From the NCBI GenBank assembly GCA_963727805.1, contig CAVSHF010000003.1, positions 448,001 through 512,000 on the forward strand: 64,000 nt of DNA, read 5' to 3'. Position 1 is the first letter of the stretch, and every line of letters starts with the position of its first letter. The DNA comes from an uncultured Nitrospiraceae bacterium (GTDB lineage Bacteria > Nitrospirota > Thermodesulfovibrionia > Thermodesulfovibrionales > Dissulfurispiraceae). Under the pieces are notes generated by a model. It saw only the letters and a program-made list of their open reading frames with translations, was not told where the DNA came from and made no database searches. A program made the position numbers and the translations under genes. Shown one piece after another: positions 10,993 to 22,157 of this stretch.

Positions 10993-11895
10993 ATGCCGAA
11001 AGACCTCGTAAGCATGAAAGATATCTCGAGGGAAGAGACGGAATCAATAATCGATACGGCACTCTCTTTCAAGGATGTCCTCAGGCGTGACATCAAGAAA
11101 GTCCCTGCCTTGAGAGGCAAAACCGTGGTAAACCTGTTTTTCGAGCCTTCCACGAGGACTAAGACATCCTTCGAGCTCGCGGAAAAGCGGTTGAGCACAG
11201 ACGTAATAAATTTCTCAGTCAGCAGTAGCAGCGTCGTCAAAGGGGAGAGCCTGCTCGACACTGTCAGGACCATAGAGGCATATGGGATCGACTATCTTGT
11301 CATCCGTCATGCCTCTTCTGGAGTCCCTCATTTTATTTCGCGCATTACGAAAGCTTCCGTGGTTAATGCTGGTGACGGCATTAATGAACATCCGACTCAG
11401 GCACTCCTCGACGCGGTGACAATGAAGGAGAAAAAGGGCACCATCGCGGGACTTGAGGTGGCCATCGTCGGGGATATCCTGCACAGCAGGGTCGCAAGGT
11501 CCAATGTCTATTGCCTCATGAAACTCGGTGCCCGCGTGAGGCTTGTCGGGCCACCAACGCTGATTCCGCTCAACCCCCCGTCAGGCGTAAAGGTTTTTTA
11601 TAATATGGACGAAGGGATTAGAGGGGCAGACGTCGTAATGATGCTTCGTATCCAACTTGAAAGGATGGGGAAGAGTTTTTTCCCCTCCATAAAGGAATTT
11701 TTCAAATATTGGGGGCTGAGTGCCGAAAGGCTTGCCATTGCAAACAAAGATGCGCTCGTCATGCACCCGGGACCGATGAACCGCGGCATCGAGATCGCAT
11801 CCGATGTGGCAGACTGCCCTCAGTCCGTAATACTTGAGCAGGTCACAAACGGCATCGCAGTCAGGATGGCAGTCATATATATGCTTCAGGCCTAG
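10993..11895 (+). CDS. pyrB: Aspartate carbamoyltransferase catalytic subunit
   Basis: [39 protein letters not shown]. Confidence 0.97.
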   Translation: MPKDLVSMKDISREETESIIDTALSFKDVLRRDIKKVPALRGKTVVNLFFEPSTRTKTSFELAEKRLSTDVINFSVSSSSVVKGESLLDTVRTIEAYGIDYLVIRHASSGVPHFISRITKASVVNAGDGINEHPTQALLDAVTMKEKKGTIAGLEVAIVGDILHSRVARSNVYCLMKLGARVRLVGPPTLIPLNPPSGVKVFYNMDEGIRGADVVMMLRIQLERMGKSFFPSIKEFFKYWGLSAERLAIANKDALVMHPGPMNRGIEIASDVADCPQSVILEQVTNGIAVRMAVIYMLQA

Positions 11896-11899
11896 TGGA

Positions 11900-13216
11900 A
11901 TGGAAAAGAGAATTCGTATTAAGAATGGACGTATCATCGATCCCTCCCGCGGAATAGACGGGTATGGGGACCTCGTAATTGAAGATGGCATAATATCCGA
12001 AGTCATCATCAAGCAAGCAGAAGCGCCGAAAAAATATCTTTCTGCTGTTGGTGATGGCAGTGTTATCGATGCACGGGGAATGCTTGTATTGCCCGGACTG
12101 GTGGATATGCACACTCATTTAAGGGAGCCCGGCTTTGAATACAAGGAGACAATAAAAACGGGGACTATGGCCGGGATCAGGGGCGGCTTCACTTCCCTAT
12201 GCCCGATGCCCAATACCAATCCGGTGAACGATAATCCGACAGTCGCGGCATTTATCATCAAGAAAGCGATGGGGGAAGGGCATTGCTCGGTCTTTCCCAT
12301 AGGGGCAATTACCAAGGGACAGCAAGGGCAGGAACTGGCCGAGATGGGGCTTATGCAGGAGACGGGCTGTGTTGCTTTTTCAGACGATGGAAGGCCGATA
12401 ATGAACAGTCTTGTCATGAGAAGGGCACTCGAATATTCCAAGGCCTTCACCTTCCCGCTTATTGCCCACTGCGAAGATCTCTATCTAAGCGATGGTGGAG
12501 TCATGAATGAAGGCGCACTATCAACATATCTTGGACTGATGGGTATCCCTGCCGCAGCAGAAGAGGTGATGGTTGCACGGGATATAATGCTCGCACGACT
12601 GACAGGAGGAAAGCTCCATATTGCTCATGTGTCGACAAGAGGGTCAGTCGAACTTGTCAGGCGTGCCAAGAGTGAAGGGGCCAGTGTTACTGCGGAGACA
12701 TGCCCCCACTATTTTTCGATCACCGAGCGGGCTGTCGCAGGGTTCAATACCAATGCTAAGGTGAATCCTCCCCTGAGGACGGACGATGACATCGCTGCTG
12801 TCAAGGAGGGCCTGAAGGATGGGACTATCGAGGTAATTGCAACCGATCATGCCCCTCATCATAGCGACGAAAAGATACTTGAGTTCGATAAGGCGCCATC
12901 GGGCATATCCGGCTTGGAAACAGCCTTGGGGCTTAGTCTTGCGCTTGTTGATGAAGGAATACTTACCCTTCATCAGTTAATACAAAAGATGACCATTAAT
13001 CCATCGAAGATAATGGGCATCAATAGGGGGACCCTGAAGGTGGGCTCTGTCGCGGATGTGGTAATTCTCGATACAAAAAAAGAGTTTGTCGTCAATCCTG
13101 CTAACTTTGCATCAAAGGGTAAAAATACGCCCTTTAGCGGATGGACCCTGAAAGGACAACCTGCGATTGTCATTACAAAAGGAAGGATTTATGACTTTTC
13201 GGAGAAGGGCCAATGA
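11900..13216 (+). CDS. pyrC: Dihydroorotase
   Basis: DMHTHLREPG, MPNTNP, KVNPPLR, IATDHAPH, SKGKNTPF. Confidence 0.96.
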   Translation: MEKRIRIKNGRIIDPSRGIDGYGDLVIEDGIISEVIIKQAEAPKKYLSAVGDGSVIDARGMLVLPGLVDMHTHLREPGFEYKETIKTGTMAGIRGGFTSLCPMPNTNPVNDNPTVAAFIIKKAMGEGHCSVFPIGAITKGQQGQELAEMGLMQETGCVAFSDDGRPIMNSLVMRRALEYSKAFTFPLIAHCEDLYLSDGGVMNEGALSTYLGLMGIPAAAEEVMVARDIMLARLTGGKLHIAHVSTRGSVELVRRAKSEGASVTAETCPHYFSITERAVAGFNTNAKVNPPLRTDDDIAAVKEGLKDGTIEVIATDHAPHHSDEKILEFDKAPSGISGLETALGLSLALVDEGILTLHQLIQKMTINPSKIMGINRGTLKVGSVADVVILDTKKEFVVNPANFASKGKNTPFSGWTLKGQPAIVITKGRIYDFSEKGQ

Positions 13217-14340
13217 ACAAAGCGATGTTAGTACTTTCGGATGGTACGGTATTTGAAGGGAACAGCTTTGGCGCTCGGGGCGAGACGGTCGGTGAAGTAG
13301 TTTTCAATACCTCGATGGCAGGATATCAGGAGATACTGACCGATCCTTCGTACAGGGGCCAGATCGTTACCATGACCTACCCACAGATGGGCAACTACGG
13401 CGTCAACGAAGAGGATATTGAATCTCTCGGCGGGCCGAAGGTTAACGGATTTATCGTAAAGGAGTATCTCGAATTTGCTAGTAACTGGCGCTCTTCATCG
13501 TCGCTCGGTGACTACCTTATCAAGAATCATATCGTCGGGATCGAGGGACTCGACACGAGGGCGCTGACGCGTCATCTGCGCAATCACGGCGCACAGATGG
13601 GTATCATATCATCGGTTGGGGTTGATTCGAAACCGCTTATGTTGCTTGAAAAGGTGAGGACCCATCCTGGCATATCGGCTCACGATCTCGTCAGGGAAGT
13701 CACCTCTCCGGATGATTATGAATGGACGGAGGGATGCTGGAAGTGGTGCGCCATAGAAAGGGACATTCCGCGTTATAGAGTGACTGTTTATGATTTCGGG
13801 GTGAAGTTCAATATCCTGAGGAACCTTGTCGAGGCGGGCTTCATGGTATCGGTTGTCTCCGCTCAGACGCCAGCTGAGGCTGTGCTCGAAGATAATCCCG
13901 ACGGTATTATTTTAAGTAACGGCCCCGGCGATCCCGAAACAGTCACCTATGCGATCGATAATGCCAAGAAAATTATAGGCAAGAAGCCGGTTTTCGGCAT
14001 TTGCCTTGGTCACCAGATACTGGGCCTCGCCATGGGTGGCAGAACTTACAAGCTTAAATTCGGCCATCACGGAGGCAATCATCCGGTAAAAGACCTGCTC
14101 ACCGGAAGGGTCGAAATAACCGCGCAGAATCACAATTATTGTGTCGATATTAGCAGCCTGCACGGGCAGGCCCGTCTCACCCACAGGAACCTCTATGATG
14201 GCACCGAAGAAGGCATGCAGCATGTCGAACTGCCACTGATTTCGGTTCAGCACCATCCTGAGGCGGCGCCGGGTCCCAATGATTCTTCGCACCTCTTCAA
14301 GAGGTTCCGGCAGATGATAGAGAGCAGGGGCGATTCGTGA
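13213..14340 (+). CDS. carA: Carbamoyl-phosphate synthase small subunit
   Basis: GEVVFNTSMAGYQE, SNGPGDP, GICLGHQ, QHHPEA. Confidence 0.97.
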   Translation: MNKAMLVLSDGTVFEGNSFGARGETVGEVVFNTSMAGYQEILTDPSYRGQIVTMTYPQMGNYGVNEEDIESLGGPKVNGFIVKEYLEFASNWRSSSSLGDYLIKNHIVGIEGLDTRALTRHLRNHGAQMGIISSVGVDSKPLMLLEKVRTHPGISAHDLVREVTSPDDYEWTEGCWKWCAIERDIPRYRVTVYDFGVKFNILRNLVEAGFMVSVVSAQTPAEAVLEDNPDGIILSNGPGDPETVTYAIDNAKKIIGKKPVFGICLGHQILGLAMGGRTYKLKFGHHGGNHPVKDLLTGRVEITAQNHNYCVDISSLHGQARLTHRNLYDGTEEGMQHVELPLISVQHHPEAAPGPNDSSHLFKRFRQMIESRGDS

Positions 14341-14376
14341 ATTACCCCCGCAGATAATTATTTCTTCAGGAGAGAC

Positions 14377-17300
14377 ATGCCGAAAAGAACAGACATTAAA
14401 AAGATACTTTTGATCGGCTCAGGACCGATTGTCATAGGACAAGCCTGCGAATTCGATTATTCAGGCGCACAGGCATGCAAAGCGCTGCGTGAAGAGGGAT
14501 ACAGTGTTGTCCTCGTCAACTCCAACCCTGCAACTATCATGACCGACCCGGATATGGCGGATGCGACGTACATCGAGCCCCTGTCGGTCGAGATACTAGA
14601 ACTCATCATTAAAAAGGAAAGGCCTGATGCACTCTTGCCTACTATGGGAGGGCAGACTGCCCTGAATCTAACTGTTGAACTTGCAGAATCAGGCATCATC
14701 GACAAATACAGCGTCGAGTTAATCGGCGCGAAATTGCCTGCCATCAAAAAAGCCGAGGACAGGGAGCTCTTCAAAGAGGCCATGAAAAATATCGGTATCG
14801 ATGTGCCCAGAAGCGCACCTGTTACCTCCCTTAAAGAAGGACTTAAGGCTGTCGCAGACATCGGGTTTCCTGTCATCCTGAGACCCGCCTTTACTCTTGG
14901 TGGTACCGGCGGCGGTATAGCTTACAACATCGAGGAATACAGGGAACTGCTTGAACGTGCCTTGAAGTTGAGTCCTGTGCAGCAGGTACTGATTGAAGAG
15001 TCTGTCATCGGGTGGAAAGAGTATGAACTCGAGGTGATGCGTGATAGCATGGACAACGTTGTCATCATCTGCTCCATCGAGAATTTCGATCCTATGGGCG
15101 TTCATACCGGCGATTCGATTACGGTGGCTCCTGCCCAGACGCTTACTGACAAGGAATATCAGAGGATGCGCGATTCCGCTATCGAAATCATTCGTGAGAT
15201 CGGGGTCGACACCGGCGGTTCGAATATACAGTTCGCCCTGAATCCGAAAAATGGCAAGATGGTTATCATCGAGATGAACCCGCGGGTTTCGAGAAGCTCT
15301 GCCTTAGCGAGCAAGGCAACCGGCTTTCCTATCGCCAAGATTGCGGCAAAACTGGCCGTCGGATATACCTTGGATGAAATAAAGAATGACATTACGCGAG
15401 AGACGCCCGCATCCTTTGAGCCGTCGATTGATTATATCGTTACAAAAATCCCGCGATTCACCTTTGAGAAATTTCCCGAGGCCGACCCGACTTTGACAAT
15501 TCAGATGAAGTCTGTGGGCGAAGTCATGTCTATAGGAAGGACCTTCAAGGAGTCCCTGCAGAAAGCGCTGAGGAGCCTCGAGATTGGGTCTGCAGGTTTC
15601 GAGCCCTTGCGCGGCTTGCCGGCGTTAAGCGAGATCAAAGCCAAACTGAAGACCCCGAATGCGGATCGTATATGGTACATCGCCCACGCGATGCGGCAGG
15701 GTATGAGTATCGAAGAGCTTTACGAGCTGACATGGATTGACCCATGGTTCCTGAATAATATACGGCAAATTATCGAAATGGAAGGGAATATCCGTGAATC
15801 GTTCCCGTCGGCTGTGGCGGATAATGAAACACGGACACGGCTTACCTGCTTGTTGAGGACCGCAAAAGAATACGGTTTTTCCGATAAGAGGATCTCCGAA
15901 CTTGCAGGGAAAAACGAAATCGAAATCAGGCACCTGAGAAAAGAATTGGGGCTGAAGCCGGTATACAAGCTGGTCGACACTTGTGCAGCTGAGTTTGAGG
16001 CGTTCACGCCGTATCTCTATTCTACTTACGAAAGACCATTCTACACGGTAAACGAAGCAGGCATTCAGGCTGCCATAACTGAATGTGATGCCAATCCGAC
16101 GGATCGACAAAAGATTGTCATCCTCGGTTCAGGCCCGAATAGGATCGGACAGGGCATTGAATTCGACTACTGTTGTGTACAAGCTGTATTTGGTCTCAAA
16201 GAGATAGGCTATGAGACGATCATGGTCAACTGCAATCCCGAAACGGTCAGTACCGACTACGATACTTCGGACAGGCTCTATTTTGAGCCACTGACCATAG
16301 AAGATGTCATGAACATCATCGACCTCGAAAAGCCAAAAGGGGTTATCGTTCAATTTGGAGGTCAGACTCCGCTGAAACTTGCGGTGCCTCTTGAAAGGGA
16401 GGGAGTAACGATACTGGGAACATCTCCGGACTCAATCGACAGGGCAGAAAACAGAAAGAGATTCAAGGAAGTTCTCCATAAATTAAATCTCAGACAGCCT
16501 GAAAGCGGCACGGCGATGTCGATTGAAGAGGCAATCTCGGTAGCCGAGAGGATCGGCTATCCCGTGATGGTGCGGCCTTCCTATGTTCTTGGCGGTAGGG
16601 CGATGGAGATCGTTTACGATGTACAATCTCTCATCAATTATATGGCAAGAAATTTCAGAGCATCGCCCGATCATCCGATCCTGGTTGATAAATATCTTGA
16701 AGACGCCATTGAGATCGATGTAGACGCTATTTCGGATGGTGTGGATGTCGTCATCGGCGGGGTGATGGAACATATTGAAGAGGCCGGAATTCATTCCGGA
16801 GACTCCGCATGCTCTATACCGCCATATTCACTTTCTGATGAAATCGTAGAAGGAATCAGAATTCAGACAAAGGCCCTCGCAATGGAGCTTGAGGTGAAAG
16901 GTCTTATGAATGTGCAGTTTGCTGTGAAGGACAACGAGATATACATTCTTGAGGTCAATCCGCGGGCATCTCGCACCATCCCGTATGTGAGCAAGGCAAC
17001 AGGTGTTTCGCTGGCACGTCTAGCCGCCCAGGTCATAGCGGGAAAAACTTTGAAGGAACTTGGACTAACTGGTGAGAAAAGTATCAAACACGTTGCAGTA
17101 AAGGAGGCAGTCTTCCCCTTTGACCGTTTCCCCGGGGTTGATACAATACTCGGACCAGAGATGAAATCTACGGGTGAGGTGATGGGGATTGACGATGAGT
17201 TTGGCCTTGCGTATGCAAAGGCGCAGGCTGCATCTAATAATAAAATCCCTACCAAGGGCAAGATATTCCTGAGTGTAAAGGACAAGGACAAGTACCATAC

Positions 17301-17661
17301 AGTCGAGATAGCGCGGAAGCTAAGGGAACTGGGTTTCAAGCTTGTCGCCACAAGGGGGACAGCGGCATATCTTGATGCTCACGGGATAGAAGTTGAGAGT
17401 ATCAATAAAGTCATGGAGGGGAGGCCGCATGTGGTCGACCTGATCAAGAACAAAGAGATCCATTTTGTTATCAATACTGTTACTGGTTCCCAGGCCCAGA
17501 AGGACTCCTTCTCCATCCGGAGGAGTGCGTTGCAATACAGAATACCGTATACCACGACTATTTCGAGCGCAAAGGCGGTCGTTATGGCCATCGAATCGCT
17601 ACTCAAACGGGAGTTAAAGATTAAATCGATTCAAGAATACCATAATAGTCGTTATAATTGA
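14377..17661 (+). CDS. carB: Carbamoyl-phosphate synthase large subunit
   Basis: [28 protein letters not shown], duplicated ATP-grasp domains, C-terminal MGS domain. Confidence 0.98.
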   Translation: MPKRTDIKKILLIGSGPIVIGQACEFDYSGAQACKALREEGYSVVLVNSNPATIMTDPDMADATYIEPLSVEILELIIKKERPDALLPTMGGQTALNLTVELAESGIIDKYSVELIGAKLPAIKKAEDRELFKEAMKNIGIDVPRSAPVTSLKEGLKAVADIGFPVILRPAFTLGGTGGGIAYNIEEYRELLERALKLSPVQQVLIEESVIGWKEYELEVMRDSMDNVVIICSIENFDPMGVHTGDSITVAPAQTLTDKEYQRMRDSAIEIIREIGVDTGGSNIQFALNPKNGKMVIIEMNPRVSRSSALASKATGFPIAKIAAKLAVGYTLDEIKNDITRETPASFEPSIDYIVTKIPRFTFEKFPEADPTLTIQMKSVGEVMSIGRTFKESLQKALRSLEIGSAGFEPLRGLPALSEIKAKLKTPNADRIWYIAHAMRQGMSIEELYELTWIDPWFLNNIRQIIEMEGNIRESFPSAVADNETRTRLTCLLRTAKEYGFSDKRISELAGKNEIEIRHLRKELGLKPVYKLVDTCAAEFEAFTPYLYSTYERPFYTVNEAGIQAAITECDANPTDRQKIVILGSGPNRIGQGIEFDYCCVQAVFGLKEIGYETIMVNCNPETVSTDYDTSDRLYFEPLTIEDVMNIIDLEKPKGVIVQFGGQTPLKLAVPLEREGVTILGTSPDSIDRAENRKRFKEVLHKLNLRQPESGTAMSIEEAISVAERIGYPVMVRPSYVLGGRAMEIVYDVQSLINYMARNFRASPDHPILVDKYLEDAIEIDVDAISDGVDVVIGGVMEHIEEAGIHSGDSACSIPPYSLSDEIVEGIRIQTKALAMELEVKGLMNVQFAVKDNEIYILEVNPRASRTIPYVSKATGVSLARLAAQVIAGKTLKELGLTGEKSIKHVAVKEAVFPFDRFPGVDTILGPEMKSTGEVMGIDDEFGLAYAKAQAASNNKIPTKGKIFLSVKDKDKYHTVEIARKLRELGFKLVATRGTAAYLDAHGIEVESINKVMEGRPHVVDLIKNKEIHFVINTVTGSQAQKDSFSIRRSALQYRIPYTTTISSAKAVVMAIESLLKRELKIKSIQEYHNSRYN

Positions 17662-17732
17662 ATAGAGCATGAAACTATCAGACCGAACGATTTACCCACT
17701 TACCAGTGACTTCTATAGGGAGGGAGGTTTCT

Positions 17733-18947
17733 ATGGCATCCATTAAGAGAATTGGCATCATTACGAGCGGTGGCGACTGCGGCGGCCTCAACGCTGTTAT
17801 TAAAGGTGTTTCGAGAGAGGCGTTTGCGCTCGGTATCGAGACGGTAGTAATTCCTAACGGCTACGCGGGATTATACAATCTTGTCAATCTCGAAAACGTT
17901 GTGTTTCTTAATGCCGAAAGAGTGAGCAAAATTGAGGCGTCTCTTGCAGGTTCCGAGGCGGGTCATTCACGCGTAAAGATCAGCAAGATTGCCGACCCGA
18001 AAAAGTACGACCGGATTAAAGACGGACTGAAAAAGTTTAATATAGACGCCCTTGTCATCAGCGGCGGCGATGACACCGGTAGTGTAGTGGTGGATCTTTC
18101 AGCACAGGGGATTCCGTGCGTTCATGTGCCGAAGACGATGGATCTCGATCTCCAGTCGTACAGCGTTGGCGGCGACTCGGCCATCAATCGGATATCAATC
18201 TTTACTAGAGACCTGAAGACCACCGGTTTGAGCCACAACCGTGTTGTCATCGTCGAGGTTTTCGGAAGGTATTCGGGTCACACAGCTCTTCGAGGAGGCA
18301 TCGGAGCCGAAGCGGATTGTATATTGATCCCTGAAATACCAGTTGATTTCGATATCGTCTATGATCATATGAAAACCACGTATATCGGCCGGGTAAAGAG
18401 GAGCGATGTTAAGGCCGGTACGTATATTATCGTCGTCGCGGAAGGCATTACGAATGCAAGTGGAGAGATGCTGTACGATGAAACTGCCGGCGTCGATGCA
18501 TTCGGCCACAAGAAACTTGCCGGGTCGGGCAAGTTTGTAAGGCAGCAACTTGAAAAACGCTTAAAAAGCGATCCTGAAATTACCCAGTTCATGAAAGATA
18601 CCGGCATGTACGCTCCTGGTGTATATGAAGTGCCCGAAGTTAGAGAAGTTGTGCCCGGGCATCTCGTGCGCTGCGGCGATTCTTCCGCGTATGACGTAAA
18701 TTTCGGCTATAAGACCGGAGCTGCCGCGGTCTGCCTTCTTCTTGAAGGAAAAACCGGCAATACAGTAGTCAACGTCGATGGCCGAAAGATTTACTTCGAA
18801 GCCACCTCGGAGCTTATCAAGAGAAGGGGAGTTGATATAAGCGAGATCGCCCTTTATGAGAGCCTCGGCTTTAGTTTCGGAAGAAAGCCTGAAAAATTCA
18901 ACAGTATTTTTGAGGAAGTCACGGGAGCCGTACCGAGGCATCTGTAA
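17733..18947 (+). CDS. pfkA: 6-phosphofructokinase family, probably PPi-dependent
   Basis: TSGGDCGGLN, SGGDDT, VPKTMDLD, VEVFGR, LIPE, VAEG. GGAGG RBS. Confidence 0.88.
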   Translation: MASIKRIGIITSGGDCGGLNAVIKGVSREAFALGIETVVIPNGYAGLYNLVNLENVVFLNAERVSKIEASLAGSEAGHSRVKISKIADPKKYDRIKDGLKKFNIDALVISGGDDTGSVVVDLSAQGIPCVHVPKTMDLDLQSYSVGGDSAINRISIFTRDLKTTGLSHNRVVIVEVFGRYSGHTALRGGIGAEADCILIPEIPVDFDIVYDHMKTTYIGRVKRSDVKAGTYIIVVAEGITNASGEMLYDETAGVDAFGHKKLAGSGKFVRQQLEKRLKSDPEITQFMKDTGMYAPGVYEVPEVREVVPGHLVRCGDSSAYDVNFGYKTGAAAVCLLLEGKTGNTVVNVDGRKIYFEATSELIKRRGVDISEIALYESLGFSFGRKPEKFNSIFEEVTGAVPRHL

Positions 18948-18957
18948 TAGATCGATA

Positions 18958-19008
18958 CACGTAACAAGGCGGCATCCCTATGGGATGCCGCCTTGTTACG
19001 TGCTTTTT
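18958..19008 (+). terminator. Intrinsic terminator with a perfect 21-bp stem
   Basis: CACGTAACAAGGCGGCATCCC-tat-GGGATGCCGCCTTGTTACGTG followed by CTTTTT, after pfk. Confidence 0.85.
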
Positions 19009-19128
19009 AAAATTGTTATTCCCACTTGTCTGTTTTCCTCCTTCATAACTCAAAATCCTGCCGGTATGGATTGGCCCAGTCAAGCTTCTGTTTCCAAATT
19101 CAGCAGTCATCTGACATAATGGCATTAT

Positions 19129-20079
19129 ATGAATGGAAAGATACGACTTGGTATAAGTTCCTGTCTTCTTGGTGGAAAAGTGCGTTATGACGGTGGTCAC
19201 AAACTCGACCATTTTCTGAGAGATACTCTTGGCAATTATGTGGATTGGGTGCCCGTATGCCCCGAGGTCGAAATGGGCCTGTCGGTCCCCAGAGATGCAA
19301 TGAGGCTTATCGGCACGCCTGAGGCTCCGCGACTAAAGACAATCAGGACAGGAAAGGATTACACTGATCGAATGTTGAAATGGGCCATGACAAGACTTGA
19401 TCAAATCGAAAAGGAGGACCTCTGTGGTTTTGTCTTTAAGAGTCGATCTCCAAGTTCGGGTATGAAGGCTGTGAAAATCTATGACGAATCGGGAGTTCCG
19501 AGAAACAAGGGAACGGGCATTTTTGCAGGGGCTTTTATGGAACGATTTCCACTGCTGCCGGTTGAAGACGAGGGGCGTCTTAACGATCCGGCGTTGCGCG
19601 AGAATTTCATCGAACGGATATTTGTGTATCGACGATGGAAGGACTTCCTCAAGTCGACCGGCTCGATTGCACAATTGATAACGTTTCATACCAAGCATAA
19701 ATTATTGATACTTTCTCATAGTACAAAACATTATTCAATTCTTGGAAAGCTTGTTGCAGATGCGAAGAGATACAAAACCAACGAGATAAGAACATACTAT
19801 TTGACGTATCTAATGGAAGGCCTCAGGCTGACAGCAACCAGCAGGAAGAATACGGATGTCCTTCAGCATATGATGGGATATTTTAAGGATCGGCTGACGT
19901 CAGATGAAAAAGAGGAACTTAGCGAAACAATCGAGAAATATCATGCGGGATTCGTCCCACTCATCGTACCGTTGACGCTTCTTACGCACTATGTTCGCAA
20001 ATTCGATGAGCCTTATCTGAAAGGGCAGTATTATCTAAGGCCTCACCCCGCTGAACTTATGCTTCGCAATCATGTTTAA
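19129..20079 (+). CDS. DUF523-DUF1722 (YbgA/TudS-like thiouracil/4-thiouridine desulfidase family) protein
   Basis: GISSCLLG..VRYDGGHK, VCPEVEMG, KSRSPS, EDEGRL, FHTKHK, HMMGYFK. Confidence 0.9.
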   Translation: MNGKIRLGISSCLLGGKVRYDGGHKLDHFLRDTLGNYVDWVPVCPEVEMGLSVPRDAMRLIGTPEAPRLKTIRTGKDYTDRMLKWAMTRLDQIEKEDLCGFVFKSRSPSSGMKAVKIYDESGVPRNKGTGIFAGAFMERFPLLPVEDEGRLNDPALRENFIERIFVYRRWKDFLKSTGSIAQLITFHTKHKLLILSHSTKHYSILGKLVADAKRYKTNEIRTYYLTYLMEGLRLTATSRKNTDVLQHMMGYFKDRLTSDEKEELSETIEKYHAGFVPLIVPLTLLTHYVRKFDEPYLKGQYYLRPHPAELMLRNHV

Positions 20080-20084
20080 GGGAG

Positions 20085-20361
20085 ATGCGGGTCGGGTATC
20101 ATTAATCTTCAATAATACAATCAACTCCTGAGCTATTTTCGAACAAATGCAAAGGTCGCGGCACCTGTATCGAAGTCTGCACGCACGGAGTTCTAGCTAT
20201 GAGTGGGAAAAGAGCATGCATCGTTGACAGAGATAATTGCATGGAATGCGGGGCATGCATGACTAATTGTGGAGTCGGCGCCCTTCATGACCAGCATGAT
20301 CAGCGATGGCGAACCCCTCCCGCGATTGCAGAGCAGATACTTAAAAAACAGGCGCTGCTGA
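20085..20361 (+). pseudogene. hgcB: Degraded 2x[4Fe-4S] ferredoxin resembling HgcB
   Basis: In frame: ATG 20085, TAA 20103, then ELFSNKCKGRGTCIEVCTHGV...IVDRDNCMECGACMTNC. A frameshifted tail reads MTSMISDGEP/SRDC/RC-stop. Confidence 0.7.
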
Positions 20362-20375
20362 ACAGGCGCGCCAAA

Positions 20376-21026
20376 CTACATGCTGTTTAAAACCTTTTCT
20401 TTCAAATCCTGAAACGAACGACGCCAGGATTCAGAGAGGGCCGTGACCGCGAGGACTTTTTCAATGGCCTCGATATCCCTCGTATCATGATAATAAACGC
20501 AGTTGGTAAATGAGATGGTAATTCCGCGAGTATCCCTCTCCTTAAGGTCCAGCGCATTTCCTGTCTTGATAACTCCCTCTTCCAAAACTCTGAAATAAAA
20601 GCCGGTACGTCCAGAATTTACGACAAGTTTTGCCATGTCGCTTCTCCCATACCGTGCGGCAAGAGTAGAGCATGGCTGCCGGGGTTGGCTTACCTGCACT
20701 ACGGCTGTCCCAAGTTGAAAGATGTCGCCAATGCATATGACATCTTCGTGCAATGCTGAAATCGAGAGGTTCTCTCCAAATGGAGAAGGAGGCAATGAAA
20801 TACCAAGAATTTTCTCCCAATAAGGGAAGTGGTCGATACTATAGACGCACAAGGCTTTATCATATCCACCGTGGTGCGTGAGGTCGCCGACGCCGTCGCC
20901 TTCAAGCCCAAGTTTTGAGAGAAAAAGAGGGTCGGACGTCGGAAGTTTACAGATGCCTGTTATAATCTCCTTGCCGAAGAATTTCTCTTTAATGGGAAGG
21001 CCAATGTTCAGTGCTTTAACAAACAT
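20376..21026 (-). CDS. MOSC domain protein (YiiM-like) with 3-alpha domain
   Basis: GLEGDGVGDLTHHGG.DKAL, FGENL, QVSQPRQPC, GRTGFYFRVLEEG. Confidence 0.92.
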   Translation of the reverse strand: MFVKALNIGLPIKEKFFGKEIITGICKLPTSDPLFLSKLGLEGDGVGDLTHHGGYDKALCVYSIDHFPYWEKILGISLPPSPFGENLSISALHEDVICIGDIFQLGTAVVQVSQPRQPCSTLAARYGRSDMAKLVVNSGRTGFYFRVLEEGVIKTGNALDLKERDTRGITISFTNCVYYHDTRDIEAIEKVLAVTALSESWRRSFQDLKEKVLNSM

Positions 21027-21147
21027 AATACATACTATATTCTATTGAGCATGTTACAGCAAGAGCAAAATAGCCATCATCTGGAGAATGAGAACTTAAA
21101 TTTTCTAATATTATTACATTTGGGTGGACTATAGTAGAATATATACT

Positions 21148-22146
21148 ATGGAATTAGACCTCGAAACGCTTTTAACAGAATCTGTGAGAATCCATGGCCA
21201 TCTCTGTCCCGGACAGGTACTTGGCGTCAGGATGTCCGTGCTTGGCCTTAAAAAGAGTGGCATCGGTGACCCCAAGGGCAAAGACCGGAAGGGCCTGATT
21301 GTCTTTGTGGAAATGGATCGCTGCGCAACTGACGCCATTCAGTCCGTCACGGGATGCAGCCTCGGACATCGCACGATGAAGTTTTTGGATTACGGAAAGA
21401 TGGCTGCAACATTTATCAACCTCAAGAGTGGTAAAGCCATAAGGATAGTCGCCAGAGAAGAAGCACGAGACAGGGCCAAGGAATGTTTCCCTGGTCATGA
21501 GAATAAATATGCAGCGCAACTCGAGGCATATAAAGTGATGTCCAATGAAGCTCTCTTTGATTGGCAAGAAGTGGAGGTTACGTTAGATCCTTATGACATG
21601 CCCGGAAGACCGTTGAACAGAGTGAGGTGCGAACAGTGCGGAGAATTCGTCCAGGATATGAGAGAAGTTCACCTGAACGATAAGGTATTATGCAAGCCCT
21701 GTGTAGTTGGCAGATATTATAAGAGAATCGACGATAATGAAAAGGAATCTTTTTTATTGCCGTGCGCTATGCATAAAAGTCATAACGAACCGAAAAGATA
21801 TTGCGGAATGAAGATTAAGTCAAAGATCTGGATAGACATTGAAGGAGAGCCTGTATTCGGCAAGGGTCGCCGTCATCTCCTCGAAGCAATCGACAAGTAT
21901 GGATCGATCAACCAAGCTGCGCGAATGGTAAATATTTCCTACAAAAAGGCGTGGAGTTATATTAAGGCTATGGAAGAGCGTCTTGGAATAAGTCTCGTTG
22001 AATGCCGGACCGGGGGAAAGAGCGGAGGCGGCGCGAGCCTTACCGATGAAGCTCGGGAGTTCCTGAAAAGATACGGGACGCTCGAGAAAGGCATAAACGA
22101 GTTTGTGGATGAGCGTTTTAAGAAGACTTTTAACTGCGGTTCATAA
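21148..22146 (+). CDS. FmdE-family domain + Zn finger fused to a ModE-type winged-helix DNA-binding domain
   Basis: HGHLCPGQVLG, EMDRCATDAIQ..TGC, GKMAATF; CEQC...CKPC; then KIWIDIEGEPVFGKGRRHLLEAIDKYGSINQAA..ISYKKAW...GGKSGGGASLT in one uninterrupted frame. Alternative GTG start at 21124. Confidence 0.85.
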   Translation: MELDLETLLTESVRIHGHLCPGQVLGVRMSVLGLKKSGIGDPKGKDRKGLIVFVEMDRCATDAIQSVTGCSLGHRTMKFLDYGKMAATFINLKSGKAIRIVAREEARDRAKECFPGHENKYAAQLEAYKVMSNEALFDWQEVEVTLDPYDMPGRPLNRVRCEQCGEFVQDMREVHLNDKVLCKPCVVGRYYKRIDDNEKESFLLPCAMHKSHNEPKRYCGMKIKSKIWIDIEGEPVFGKGRRHLLEAIDKYGSINQAARMVNISYKKAWSYIKAMEERLGISLVECRTGGKSGGGASLTDEAREFLKRYGTLEKGINEFVDERFKKTFNCGS

Positions 22147-22157
22147 GGAGGAAAATT

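Noticed and set aside
18856..19212. Short ORFs on both strands sharing HVTRRHP.GMPPCYV
   Set aside because: An artefact of translating the 21-bp palindrome in both directions.
20078..20115. REMRVG as a remnant of the hgcA C-terminus
   Set aside because: Too short to distinguish from chance without an alignment.
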